Assembly: GCA_964415025.1 (NCBI GenBank)
Contig: CAYPXF010000006.1
Span: 58 to 64,057 of the forward strand
Length of the DNA: 64,000 nucleotides
Reading direction: 5' to 3'
Origin: an uncultured Gammaproteobacteria bacterium
GTDB lineage: Bacteria; Patescibacteriota; Patescibacteriia; UBA10025; JAHIVO01
Positions 1-12,000 of the stretch are shown piece by piece (the first letter of the stretch is position 1; the number at the start of each line of letters is the position of its first letter). The notes beneath the pieces are model-generated. The model was not told the origin of the DNA. It was given only the letters and a program-made list of their open reading frames with translations, and did no database searches. A program made the position numbers and the translations under genes.

Positions 1-16
1 ACGTGAGTACAATCAG

Positions 17-3000
17 CTAAAAATTCGCCGTAGCGATAAAGGTAATACTGGTCGTATACTGGCCTGCCTCAGTCTGGCCGCTGATATTGGCAATATAGTA
101 CAGACTAATTGTCTCCGTAGCAGTAGCAGTTGATTCAGAGACTAATGTCTCCTTGCTGTCAGCAATAAAGGTATAATCTGCTGCCGCGCCGCCAGTATCA
201 TAATCATAGCCTGCGGCAATGGTCGCGTCAGTGCCGGCCGAGGCACTAATAGCAAACTGCTCGGTGCCGGGCGTGCCGTTTTCGTCATTTGTCCAGGTAG
301 CTACGTCTATGCTATCTGACCCGTTCGTGAGCGTCGATCCACTATATGTGATCGAATATCCGTTATCCGCATTGGTAGTGATTTGCAGAGTGTGAGCCGG
401 GGTCGCAGTAGCCGAACCGGTCTCATCGCCGGTGGCCCAGGTAGCGGCTGTACTGGATAAAGAGCCAAAGCCGACGCCCATGTCCGGTCCGGTATCAGCA
501 ATACTGAATGATAATGTATTGAAATTCCAGCAGTCGTTATTAGTCGCGTCGAAGTTGGTGCCGTCAGTCGCGTCTATGGTATCGCCGCCGCACGCGTTTG
601 AATCACGGACATCGGTATTTGACACAAACTGGGTGCCGCTGCTGATCAAGTTCCACTGGGTACCGGTCGATGATGACCGCAGGAAAACGCGCGTACCCTC
701 GGCCTGGCCGTCGAAATCAATATTGTTAAAGGTGTAATCACTGCCCGCGTTAAACTGCAGCTGGGTGCTGGCCGTATTGGCCGTGAAATTATTGGCAGTC
801 TGGGCGGCGGCGCCAAAAATAACATCAGGATCACTGCCGCCGGCGTTGGTAATAGTGAGATTATAAAACTGGCCGCCTGCTCCTGTTAATGTCCCCTCAA
901 AAGTTTGCTGCGCAGACCCGTCAGCCGTCACCGTACTGCTGCGTGCCGTAAACGTGTCGTTGTTAGTCCAATCCCCGCCAATGGCAATACTGTTATTCTC
1001 GCCACTCTTCGTATCGAGCGTACCGCCGGTGATTGTCAGGTCATCATTCACGTCAAACGCTGACTCCAGCTGGAACGTATCACCGTCAGCCGCGTCATTT
1101 AACACCACCGCGTAGAAATCATCCTTTGTGGCACCGGTGGAATCAATAGTCACCGTGCCGGCGCTGACTGACGACGCGTCAAAAGTAACCGTACCTGACC
1201 GCGCTTCAAACGTATCACTGTTACTCCAGTTACCGCCGACCGTGATCGCGTTGTTTTCCACTGACACAACATCGAGCGTACCGTCGGTAATAGTGAGATT
1301 ACCATTGAGGGTAATCGGATCTTCTACTTCCACGGTCAGGCTACCGCCGCCACCGTCATTGACAGTAACATTATTCAGGTCACAGGTATTGCACGTCGGG
1401 CTAATCACCAGATTAGACGTTCCGGTCGTGTCATTAAAAGTAATGGTAGACGTATCCGGATAATATCTGGCACCAGAGCTCACCGTAAAATCACCGCCCA
1501 GCTCAATAAACGTTGCATCGCCCTCTCCGTCATCAGTGGCATCCATAACACCATCGATAAGTATATCTGTCTCGATCGCCACATCATAGCCATTAGTATT
1601 GAAAATATCACTGCTTCCTACACGCAGGCTCTTGGCTTTCAGGTCCGAGGACAAATCAGTCGTATCCGGCGATGCGCCGATCCACAGCGTGCCCATATCC
1701 TGGAGCGTAGCCGTACTGTCAGTAAAGGTGAGATCACCGTCAAACACGACTTTACCCGTGCCAGATGCTTTGGTAAAAGTCGTGCCAGAAGCAAGAGTAA
1801 AATTACCAGCCACGTTCAGGTCGCTGTCCGCCGCCTGGGTAAAGGCGGCCGTGTCAGCCAGGTCAAAGGTGCCGTCCACGTCCATAGCGCCCACCTGGCT
1901 GATAGTGCCGGTGCTGGAGGCCTTATAATTATAAATAGTCTGGCCGCCCGGCGTGATAGACTTGGAGGCGCCGTCCATATGGAAAGTATGATCGGTGGTT
2001 GCCGTTACAGTACAATTTGTCAGATCGACATCACCGGTCACCTGGTAGGTGCCGGTGCCGGTATTAATATTATTGGTGCCTGTACCAGCACAGGAAACCG
2101 AACCGCCTATATCCAGTGACGGGTTATTTTCCGTACCGGATAATGTCGCCGCATTGGTGCCGTCACCAATTATGAGATTATTATTTATATCCAAATCTCC
2201 CGACACTGGCAGCGTATGCGTGGCCGTCCCGCTGGGCTTAATTTCCAAATTATAATAACTGCCGTCTAATACCACGCCATCTATGCTGTCAATGTTAGTT
2301 GCGCCAGCTCCAGTATACCTGAACGTCGAGGTGCCACCCGTAATACGGCCATTTGTAGTAATAGGTGTACCTGTCCCGGTGATAATCCATGTCTTCGGTC
2401 CGGCATTTAATGTATGCTCTTTATCTCCCAGATTAAAACATGACGCCACGGCTAGTGTACCATTTACGGTCACGCTCCCTGTGCCCGTAGCGGTCGTCGT
2501 ATAAGCACCACAAACCGGCAAATAAAATTCTAGATTATTAAATGTCCAGTTGCTCGCACCGCCCATATTGCCGGTACCCGCGATGCGGAACGTAGCGCCA
2601 GTCCAATCCACCACCCCGTCGCCGGTGAGATCGCCGCCCTTGACCGTAAAGTTGTTTGACCCGGACAAGGTTGAGCCCGACCCGACAGTCACGTCATTAT
2701 TCACGGTAACGGCACTGGCAACGGTAATAGTACCCGCACCAGATGTTTGGAAATCATATAACGGATCACCTGACGTAGTCAGGGTAGCGGCATCATCTAT
2801 GTGTAATACATTGCCGGTCGCCGCCGTATAATCTCCGCCCGTAAAATCAACATCATCAGTCACTGTCCAGGTGCCCGTGCCAGACGTAATAGTTGGACTG
2901 CCGTCACCTACACCGGAAAAGCTAAGCGATCCAGTAATATTCATGGTCGGATTATTCGTGGCGCCGTCAATAGTCAGGCTGTTACCGTTTTCAACTACGC

Positions 3001-6000
3001 CGGTTAAATTATAGGCAATCGTATGCTCACCCGCACCCAGCTCAATCGTGCGGTCTGTTGTTCCTGAATTGGTGTACAGTTCCACACTGCCGCCGTATGA
3101 TCGCGCCGGCATGGTGCTCGTATTGCCATTGGTCGCGTCAAAACGGATTTGCGTGTTAATCACGCCGCCCGTTGGTATGACGGTCGCGGAATCTATAACC
3201 AAATACCCCGAATCCCGGATCGCATTAACGATCGAGCCATTGAGCGTAAATGAACTGCCGGTCCAGATTACATTAACACTGTCGATTGACAAGATGTCGC
3301 CGGTATCCACATAGAGCTGATTATCAATAGTTATATTATCCGTCTCCACTGCCACGGTCGCGGCGCCGCCGTTTGAATCCACGACCAGGTTATTAAACGT
3401 GGCGCCGTTTGATTGGAGCGTACCCGAGTCCGTCCATATCAAATCAGCCGTATCCGCAGAAACCGTTGTCTGGATAGTGAGGTCACCTGTCAAAAAATAA
3501 TTACCAGCATTAAAGGTATAGGTCGGCGTGCCGCTGGCCGGCTGGAGATACAGATTATTATATGATTTTGTCTGCTCAATAGTCGTGGCTGATGTGCCGG
3601 TGTACTTAAATGTAGACGTCTGGCCATCCAGGCTGCCGTTACCTGCGCCTCCGTCAGCCTGATCATGAAATACCGTGCCTGATCCGCTCAATATCCAGTC
3701 TTTGCCCCCGGCAGCAAGCTGGTGACTGTACCAATATTCACTGACCATCGAATAATTAGCCTGTATTGTCAGCTGATTGGTGATAGTGATACTACCGCTG
3801 CCTGTGGCGCTAGTAGTGTAATCAGTAGTACCACTGTGCTGGAATATTAAATCATAAAATGCCCAGGCACTATCACCGCCAAAATTATTGCTCCCATTAA
3901 CGATATTAAACGAACCCCCACTCATATTGATAGTGCCGTTACCGGTCACATCATCATCGACTTGGATATTCGAATCGCCAATAATAGTACCGTTAGTTAC
4001 GGTTAAATTGCCGTCGATTCCACAGCCGTTTTCAAATTCCCATTCACCGCCCACACCGTCAAAAGTCATATTATTATGCGTTGAAGCAAAATAAAGCGTT
4101 TCCCCTGTCGAGGTTGAAGTAAACTTTGTTGTATTACTTCCTGGTATATATGCGTCAATCGTATCAGCTCTCCAAGATCCACCTATGGTGACATCGTGAT
4201 CGGTCGCGTTAAATGTCGCGTCATTATCAATATGAATGTCCCCGCCCTGTTGCGTAGTTACTGTTCCTCCAGGGGCATAGGTATCACTATTCCATACGTG
4301 CAGGCCAACATTTACGTCGATAGTAAGGTTATTGGTGGATACCGCATACTTCACGTCGTCGTCACTGTCATCACCAGTAGCCAGATTGGCGTTGGTTATC
4401 GATCCAGTATCCGCGCGAACAATAACCCAGTCCTGATATACATCCACATTACTCTGGTCAGTACCGTCTGAAACGTATACTGTCGTGCCTTCTTCTGTTT
4501 CATTTTCCAGGTATACGGTGATTACATCTCCTGATGCTATCGTCAGTCCGGTGATGCTCCAGCCTCCGTCTGCGGCTGAACATTCAGTCGTATCAGCACC
4601 GGCGCCGTCAATGCGGAGATTGACTGTCTTCGCACCGGCTGAACAGTCGATAGCGGTCGTGCCTTCGTCACTGTATAATGTCCCTGAAATAGTGGCTCCA
4701 CAACTTCCCCCGGCAGAAATACTCCAGTCTGTATTATTACCCCCGTCATTCGAATACGTCGCGCAAAAGGCCACGCCGGTATTAGTCGAGTATGATACGT
4801 CAACATATGACACGTCAGCCGCCGTGGGATTGACGGTCCAGGCGCTGGTGGTCGAGGACTGCAGTGTCACCAGCTGGCCGCTGGCGCCCGTTACCGTCCA
4901 GGTACCGGAAATGGTCTGTGTCGTACCGGCCGTAAACGTCATGGTCTTGACCGCGCCAATACCCGAGACCGTAAAATCATTAAACGTCGTACTTCCGCTG
5001 ATCGTGGCGGTTGCCGTAGTCGTAAACTGGACCGTGCCGCTGTTATGCGTAAAGGTATTGCTGTTTGACCAGCTGCCCTGCACGTACAGGATACCGTTGG
5101 TACTGGTCAATGAGCCGCTACCGCCGATAGATAGGTCATGGACAGTCACATTACCGCTGTCAATCGTCACACTGCCTGACGCAGTGAAGTCATACAGCAT
5201 CTTGCCGCTGGCGTACAGTGTTTTGCTTGCCCCGTCCATGACAATACTATTGCCGCTGGTCGCGTTAAAGGTATCGCAATTTGATAAATCCATGTTGCCA
5301 CTCATAGTCCAGACGTCAGTACCAGTAGTTACCGTATTCGTGCCAGCTCCGGTTGTACAGCTGAACGTGCCATCTACATCCACGGTAGAGTCATACGTGT
5401 CTGCTTCAAACGTGACCGTATTCGTGCCGTCGCCGACTACCATATTACTTGTCGCGGCGATAAAAGTGCCATAGACTGTGTAGGTCGGCGACCCGCCGGT
5501 CGGCTTAAACTCTACATTATTATATGTCTGCGGCTCAATATTGGTCGCGCTAGTGCCCATATATCGCACGGTGGATGTCTGCGCTATAAATGAGTCCTGG
5601 CTCACGCCATCCTCATCTACCAGCGGCCGGCCTGATCCGCTCAATATCCAGTCCTTACTGCCAGCATTGAGATTATGGGAGCGGTAGTCATCACCGGTAC
5701 CATAATATGTCGATTCCAGCGTCATCACATTAGTGACAGTAATACTGCCCGAACCGGTAGCTGTTGTGTCAACCTCTACTGTACCAGAATGCCCAAACGT
5801 TAGATTATAAAATGTCCAGCCAGTGTCCCCACCAAAATTATTACTGCCATTGCTTACCTGGAACGTGCCGCCGGTCAGATTAATCGTGCCGTCACCGGTA
5901 ACATGGTCATCCACGTATATATCAGCCGTGCCGGACAGCGTGCCCGCGGTCATGGTCAGATCGCCGTATATATTACCAGTCGTGGTAAACGACCAGCCGC

Positions 6001-9000
6001 CGCCTGACCCGTTGAATACTACATCGTCAAAGTATGTACCGCCGAGATCTATGCCAAAGCCAGTGCCTGTCGCGGTAAACGTGGTCGTGTGCGGTATGCT
6101 GCGTCCAAATGTACCGCTATTGTCAAAATCACCACCCACTGACAAGGCGTTACTAGAAATATTCAAATTTGCTCCAGTAGCGATGACGACATCACCGGAT
6201 GATCCGCTGGCCGTACTGCTCGGTGAGGTGGTCACTGTTCCGCCCGGCTGGAATACGCTGCTGGCCCATATGTACAGTCCGCTGCCGCTCGATACTGTCA
6301 GATTACCGGACGTCACCGTAAATATAACATCACTGTCATTACCACTGTCATAATTATCCAGCTCGGTATTGCTTAATGCATCAAACGCGCTCTCGGTCCG
6401 GGTGATCAGGTTGTTTTGGTACAGGTCAAAATCACTAATATCATCATACGGATTTTGTATCTCCGTAACCGTGGTGGCATTAGGCGTCTCATTATCCAGG
6501 AATACCGTCATAATATCGCCTTCGGCAGACAGGTCGACACTGCTGACTGTAAACGAACCGTCTGCTGCCGTACAGGTACCGGTATTGGTGCCTGCGCCGT
6601 TTACCTTAATACTGACCGTCAGATTGTTTGCAGAACAGTCATACTGGGTCGAGCCAGTATCACTGTAAATCGTACCGGATATATTGACCGGACCAAAGTC
6701 CCAGCAGTTGTTATTCCCCGAATTTACGTTCGAAGAATCAGTTACGTCTATGGTTGTGCCGCCGCACGCGTTCGAATCCTGGACATCAATATTAACGATA
6801 GATTGTCCGTGTAAGTTTCCGTAAGTAAAATCATACTGCGTCCCTGGATTATCAGAACGGAACGTCACGCCACTGGCAGACTGGCCATTGATAGAAATAC
6901 CATAGGCACTGTATTCAGACGCATCATTGAAACGTATATAAACCCCCTGTGTGGTAATAGTTAATGTGCCCTGAATTTCCACATCACCACCTGTGAAAAT
7001 AACCCCGGGGTCAGTGTCAGGATCAGTGCCAGACGTATTGGTAATGGTCATGTGATACAAGCCATTGGGTGATAGCAGTCCGGCACCAGTGTTAATTGTC
7101 TGGGGTGATGAGCCGCCAAGGTACACGTGCCCGAGGTTATTAACAATTGACCCACCGTTATAAGCAAAGTTACCATTAATATTAAGAGCAGCAGTATTTG
7201 ATGCGGCGAATGAAGTATAGGGATTGATAGTGAGCGTCCCAGTGACAGTAAACGTCGGGTCATTTGTATTGAGGTTAAATTCTGTATCGCCCGACCCGCC
7301 GTCCTGCGTCAGTGTCAAATCACGATCCACCTCTATCGTACCGCTGGCCGCGGTGACTGTATTCGACGTCGCGTTACCGTAAATCTCCACATGCTGGTAA
7401 TCAGTCCGCTCGGACATGGTGACATTATTACTCGTACTATCAAAACGGATAGTAATCGGCGGGTTTGATGCGATAGAGCCTGTGGTAGGAAAAGCAGTCG
7501 TGGACTTATAGACAAGGGTGCCTTCACCGTCTATATATCCAGAAAAAGTAAAGATAGCGGATGAATCTACGGTCAGTGTCCGACCCGACTCAATGCTCAA
7601 AACATTACCTGTCGCAACATTAAGCGTACCGCTAACTATGGGGTCGTCTGTACCAGCACTGTCCACGTCGACATCCCCCAAAAAATCGGCTGGGTCGATC
7701 GTCAAGTTATTAAATGTGGTATCGTTCGTTCCGCTGATTGATCCGCCGGCCAGGGTAATAGTGCTCGTCCCGGCGGTGAAAGCACCGTTATTTATCCAGC
7801 CGTTATCTACTTTCATATTTTTATCATTCGTAGAAAACGTCACGCCCGAATCAATAGTAAAGCTGTTAGCAATAGGGATAGTCTGCGTGGTGCTGGTATG
7901 GATAGCCGCGTCTTCAATTATTTTAAGATTGTAAAAACTGTGGGATTCTGATTCAACATCATAAAATAAACGCTGGGTATGGGTCGTACCCTGGCAAATG
8001 GCGCCGCCTGTTACCGTGGAAGTAGTAAAGGTGCCGCCATTATAAATCAAAATATTAGACGCGGTAATATTACAGCCATTGGCATCAGGATTAGTACCGG
8101 AAATCATATTAAACGTTAGACTGCCTGACCGCTGCATTTCCCAGGAGCCGTTGGTGCCGCCGCCGTATGCTCCGGTATGATGACTGCCGCCATAGAGGTT
8201 AATCGTGGCGCCATTGTTCCATTGGAAGTAGCGCCCAGCATCTATACTGCCGTCATTTAGATTCACAGTGGTACTGGCACCATCAACCAGAAAATCAGCT
8301 GACGAACCTTCCAGATCTATATCCGCGCCGCTATTAATATCCAGCGTACCGCCGTCCATGTCAAAATCATCGGCCACATCAACCACCGAAGAAATTTCCA
8401 GCGTACCGCCGTCCATATCTATATTGTCATTGATATCGACGGTGTTAGAAATAGTGACATCGCCAGCATCAATATCCAATAAATCCTGAATAACGGTAGT
8501 CCCCCCGCTTAAGTTAACCGTAGCGCCGCTGTTTACCCGCAGATCCTCATCCGTGCTATTGCCGATAGTAAATGTTGCCGCCGTATGATTTAGCGTGCCG
8601 GTCACATCTACGGCTATACCGGCTCCATTGACATTCGTCGTCTGCTGCACATTGAGGATAGCGCTGGTATCGATCGTGATTTCAGCGGCAATCGTATTCG
8701 TGGCCGTATCCAGATACAGTGTTGCGCCGTCGTCCACGTGTACATCGCCGCCCGTGCCCTGGGTCGTGACCGTGCCGCCCGGATCATACGTATCACCGGT
8801 CCACACATGCAGCTCAAATCCAGAATCAAACGTAACATTGCCCGACGAGACATCGAATTTAATATCATCGTCCCCGGCGTCGCGGTCGCCGGATTCTAGA
8901 TTAGTATTAGTGATAGATGCGCCCGTGTCATTCCGTACTATCACCGCGTTCTGAAATACGTCGATATTTGTTTGATTAGTACCGTCAGTCTTAAATACCG

Positions 9001-12000
9001 TGGTACCTTCATACGTGCCGTGGTCGTCCAAATATACCGTAATAATATCGCCGCTGGATGCGGATACGCCGGTCACTGACCAATCGCCATTGGTATCAGT
9101 GGTATCAGAACCAGCGCTAACTCCATTCACGTCAACCTGCACGGTCACGCCGGAGCCTACATTCGTAGACTCGTCCTCCTGGTAGGCAGTGCCGGACAAC
9201 GTAATACCAGAGCTCACACAGCCGTCGCACTGGGCGATAACGAAATCTACATAGGGCGGCGTATGGTCGGCAGAATTATACTCAGCAGTAATCGTGTGCG
9301 TATGCGTACCGCTGGCGTAGTTTGAGCCACCGCTGGCGCTCACGGTCGCGCTCGGCGTACCGCTAGGGCCACTAGTCGTACCGCTGTGGCTATGGGTGTT
9401 TGCGCCTGTCTGCGTACCTTCAGTAGTGGCATGCCCCCTGATAAAGCGTTGGTAATAATCCTCTGCCGCGCCGTCAGATATGACGTTCCAGCCAGTACCC
9501 GGATCACCGTCAAAAAGCCCAATAAAATTACTAGGTATGGTTTGGGCCGTAGTATTAGTCTGCTCATAAATAAGACTGGTCACATAGGCGGGAATAGACG
9601 TAGCTCCTGCAACGCGAGAAGGATCTGGCGCGCTGTGTGTATGCGAATCACTTGCCGCAAAATCACCAAGCAATGGGTCTAATTCCTGAATAGTACCACT
9701 CACTGCACCCAGAGAATTCCAGGTCACAACATGTTCATGCGTATCGCTACCGCCAGTCGTATGTGAATTGTCAAGCCTTACCAGCCGGCTATCAGCGCTG
9801 CTGAAGCGGGTCCAAGAGCCGCCAGGGTCTGCATCAAAAAATCCGAATGAATTATCTGGTATAGTAGTGGGTACACCGGTATCGTTTTTCCATATATAAA
9901 AGGTGTGATGCGCTGGATTATTATCAGCATTGTCTACTGACGGATCCACCGTAAGATGAGTATGAGTAGAAGTGGCGACCCATGAACAACGACGGGAACA
10001 GGTCGTGCCATAGGTAGACGACGGCCCACTCACACTGGTGTGATGGATAGTATGACTATGGGTGGCATTGCCGCCACCAGTCACGCTAAATGAAGCTGCT
10101 CCACGCAGAAAATCGCTGTCAAACGTGGCCGTATCATCGGTCCAGCCTGTTGGCGCCGAGGCTGTGTTAGCCAATACATACATATACACCACGTCAATAG
10201 CCATTTGCCACTGCCGTCCCTCGTCCCAGTCACCCACACGCGCCGGACCCACGAGATATAACGCCGGGCTGACTTCTGGTGTTTTGAAATTATAGTTGAG
10301 CTCGATTGTCTGGCCAGCAGAAATAATACGATTCCACACGATTTCTTTAACCGTTTTGTTACCTCGTGGCACTTCCCGAATAGTAGCGTCATCCAGAATT
10401 TCTATGTCATACACGCCAGGTACAACTTCCACTATTTCTCCCTCATAATCATCCTGTGCATATACTTCTAATTTCATCGGCTGGTAAATATACGGGAAAA
10501 CACGGGTCGGCCCGTCTCGGCGTATAGTATAGGCTGGATCATCTTCTGCCCAAAATAAATCGTCCAGCACGCGCGTGCCGTTGGCATGTGTGGCTTCAAT
10601 ACGCACGTCATACTGCCCTACCGTGTTGGCTGAATAATTACCATAATAATCAGGTCCCCGATAATCCCCTTTAAAACGGCAGTATTCACTGACACTGATG
10701 CTGCCGTTCGTAGTCGTTAACATGGTGACCCGGCCTGACGGGCTGGTTATGGTCATGTTTACTTCTGCGTCGCAGACCATGTCACCGGCATCGTCAAGAA
10801 CGCCGATAGAAAGCAGGCTGTCCTGGCCGGTTTGATAAATAGACTGATCTGGGTTAAAAGCCAGCACACCCCAGGTGAACTCCTCAACCACTTGCTCGAC
10901 AACGCCATCCTGCTCAATGGTCAGTGCTACCCGGTATTTACCCGGTTTATCAAATACCGACGTATCGACAGTATATTCAGCCTTTGTCACGTCGCCGACA
11001 CGGACATCCTTCTTCTCGAGCGGTGCATCAATTGTTTCGCCATCCGGCGATATAATTTCAACTTTTTTAATATCGCGCGTAGTCGGATCAGCGCCAAGAA
11101 AGTCAAAAAATGCTTCTTCCTCTACAGCTACATCAATCACCGGATCTTCATCCGCAGCCAAATCTGTATCCGCGATAGTTACACTCTCCTGGATCGCCTG
11201 GCTGGCCGGATGCGGCTCCTGCAGTCCTGCTTCAATCACCACCGCATCGAGATACGCCGTAGCTGATTGATCACCGGTCGCCGCATCATAGCGCACACCG
11301 AAACGCAAGCGTGATAAATCAGCCGCGGATTCTAGATATGGCATGAGCGAAAATTTCCAATACCCTTCATTCGTGCTGTTATTCATCGCTTCATACAGCG
11401 GCTGGGTTCCTAATACTTCCCAGGTTTGCCCATCATCTACGGAGAGTAAAAAAGTGATTACGTCTTCATTACCAGCATACGTATCCGCGGCCAATGATAT
11501 GAGTACGCTGGCATGCTGCAGCAGTACATCAGCCGGGACCGTATCGGGCAAACGGTAATCGCCTGCTTCAAACAGTGCTTCCACTGGTGTGGCAATTAGC
11601 TCGTCGCTAACTGACACCTCATCGCCCAGCACCTGGGGATTTGATTCCGTAGCCGGTAACGGCTGGCTGCTGGTGTTTTTCATAACCGTTTCAGGTGGTG
11701 CTGTTGTGCCCTGTTCTGCCGAGGCTTGGTTTAGTGGCGCTGTTTGTACCGGCCGATTAGCATATACCGCGGAGTTTTTATCAGTAAACGCGCCGAGGCC
11801 GGCAGTAGAGGGCAAATCCAAATACCGCGCATTGTCTGGATACTGCCAGCCGCTGACTGTGGCCGGCTCGAGTGTGATACTGTACTCTTTTTGCTCTGGA
11901 GCGCCTGCCTGGATAGTATAGACATAACTAAAAAATATTGCCTGGACCGCAACAAAAGCAAAGGCTACTATTCCGGCGGAATACACAAATACTGAAAACT

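Noticed and set aside
307-11995. About 45 plus- and minus-strand ORFs of 60-330 aa overlapping the giant gene (e.g. 4485..5474 +, 5823..6353 +, 10832..11270 +)
   Set aside because: All are antisense or out-of-frame to one continuous 12.4-kb ORF with coherent repeat-protein composition. Their translations are low-complexity (Pro/Val/Ser/Thr-rich) and lack starts with RBS. They are artefacts of a long GC-biased repeat gene.
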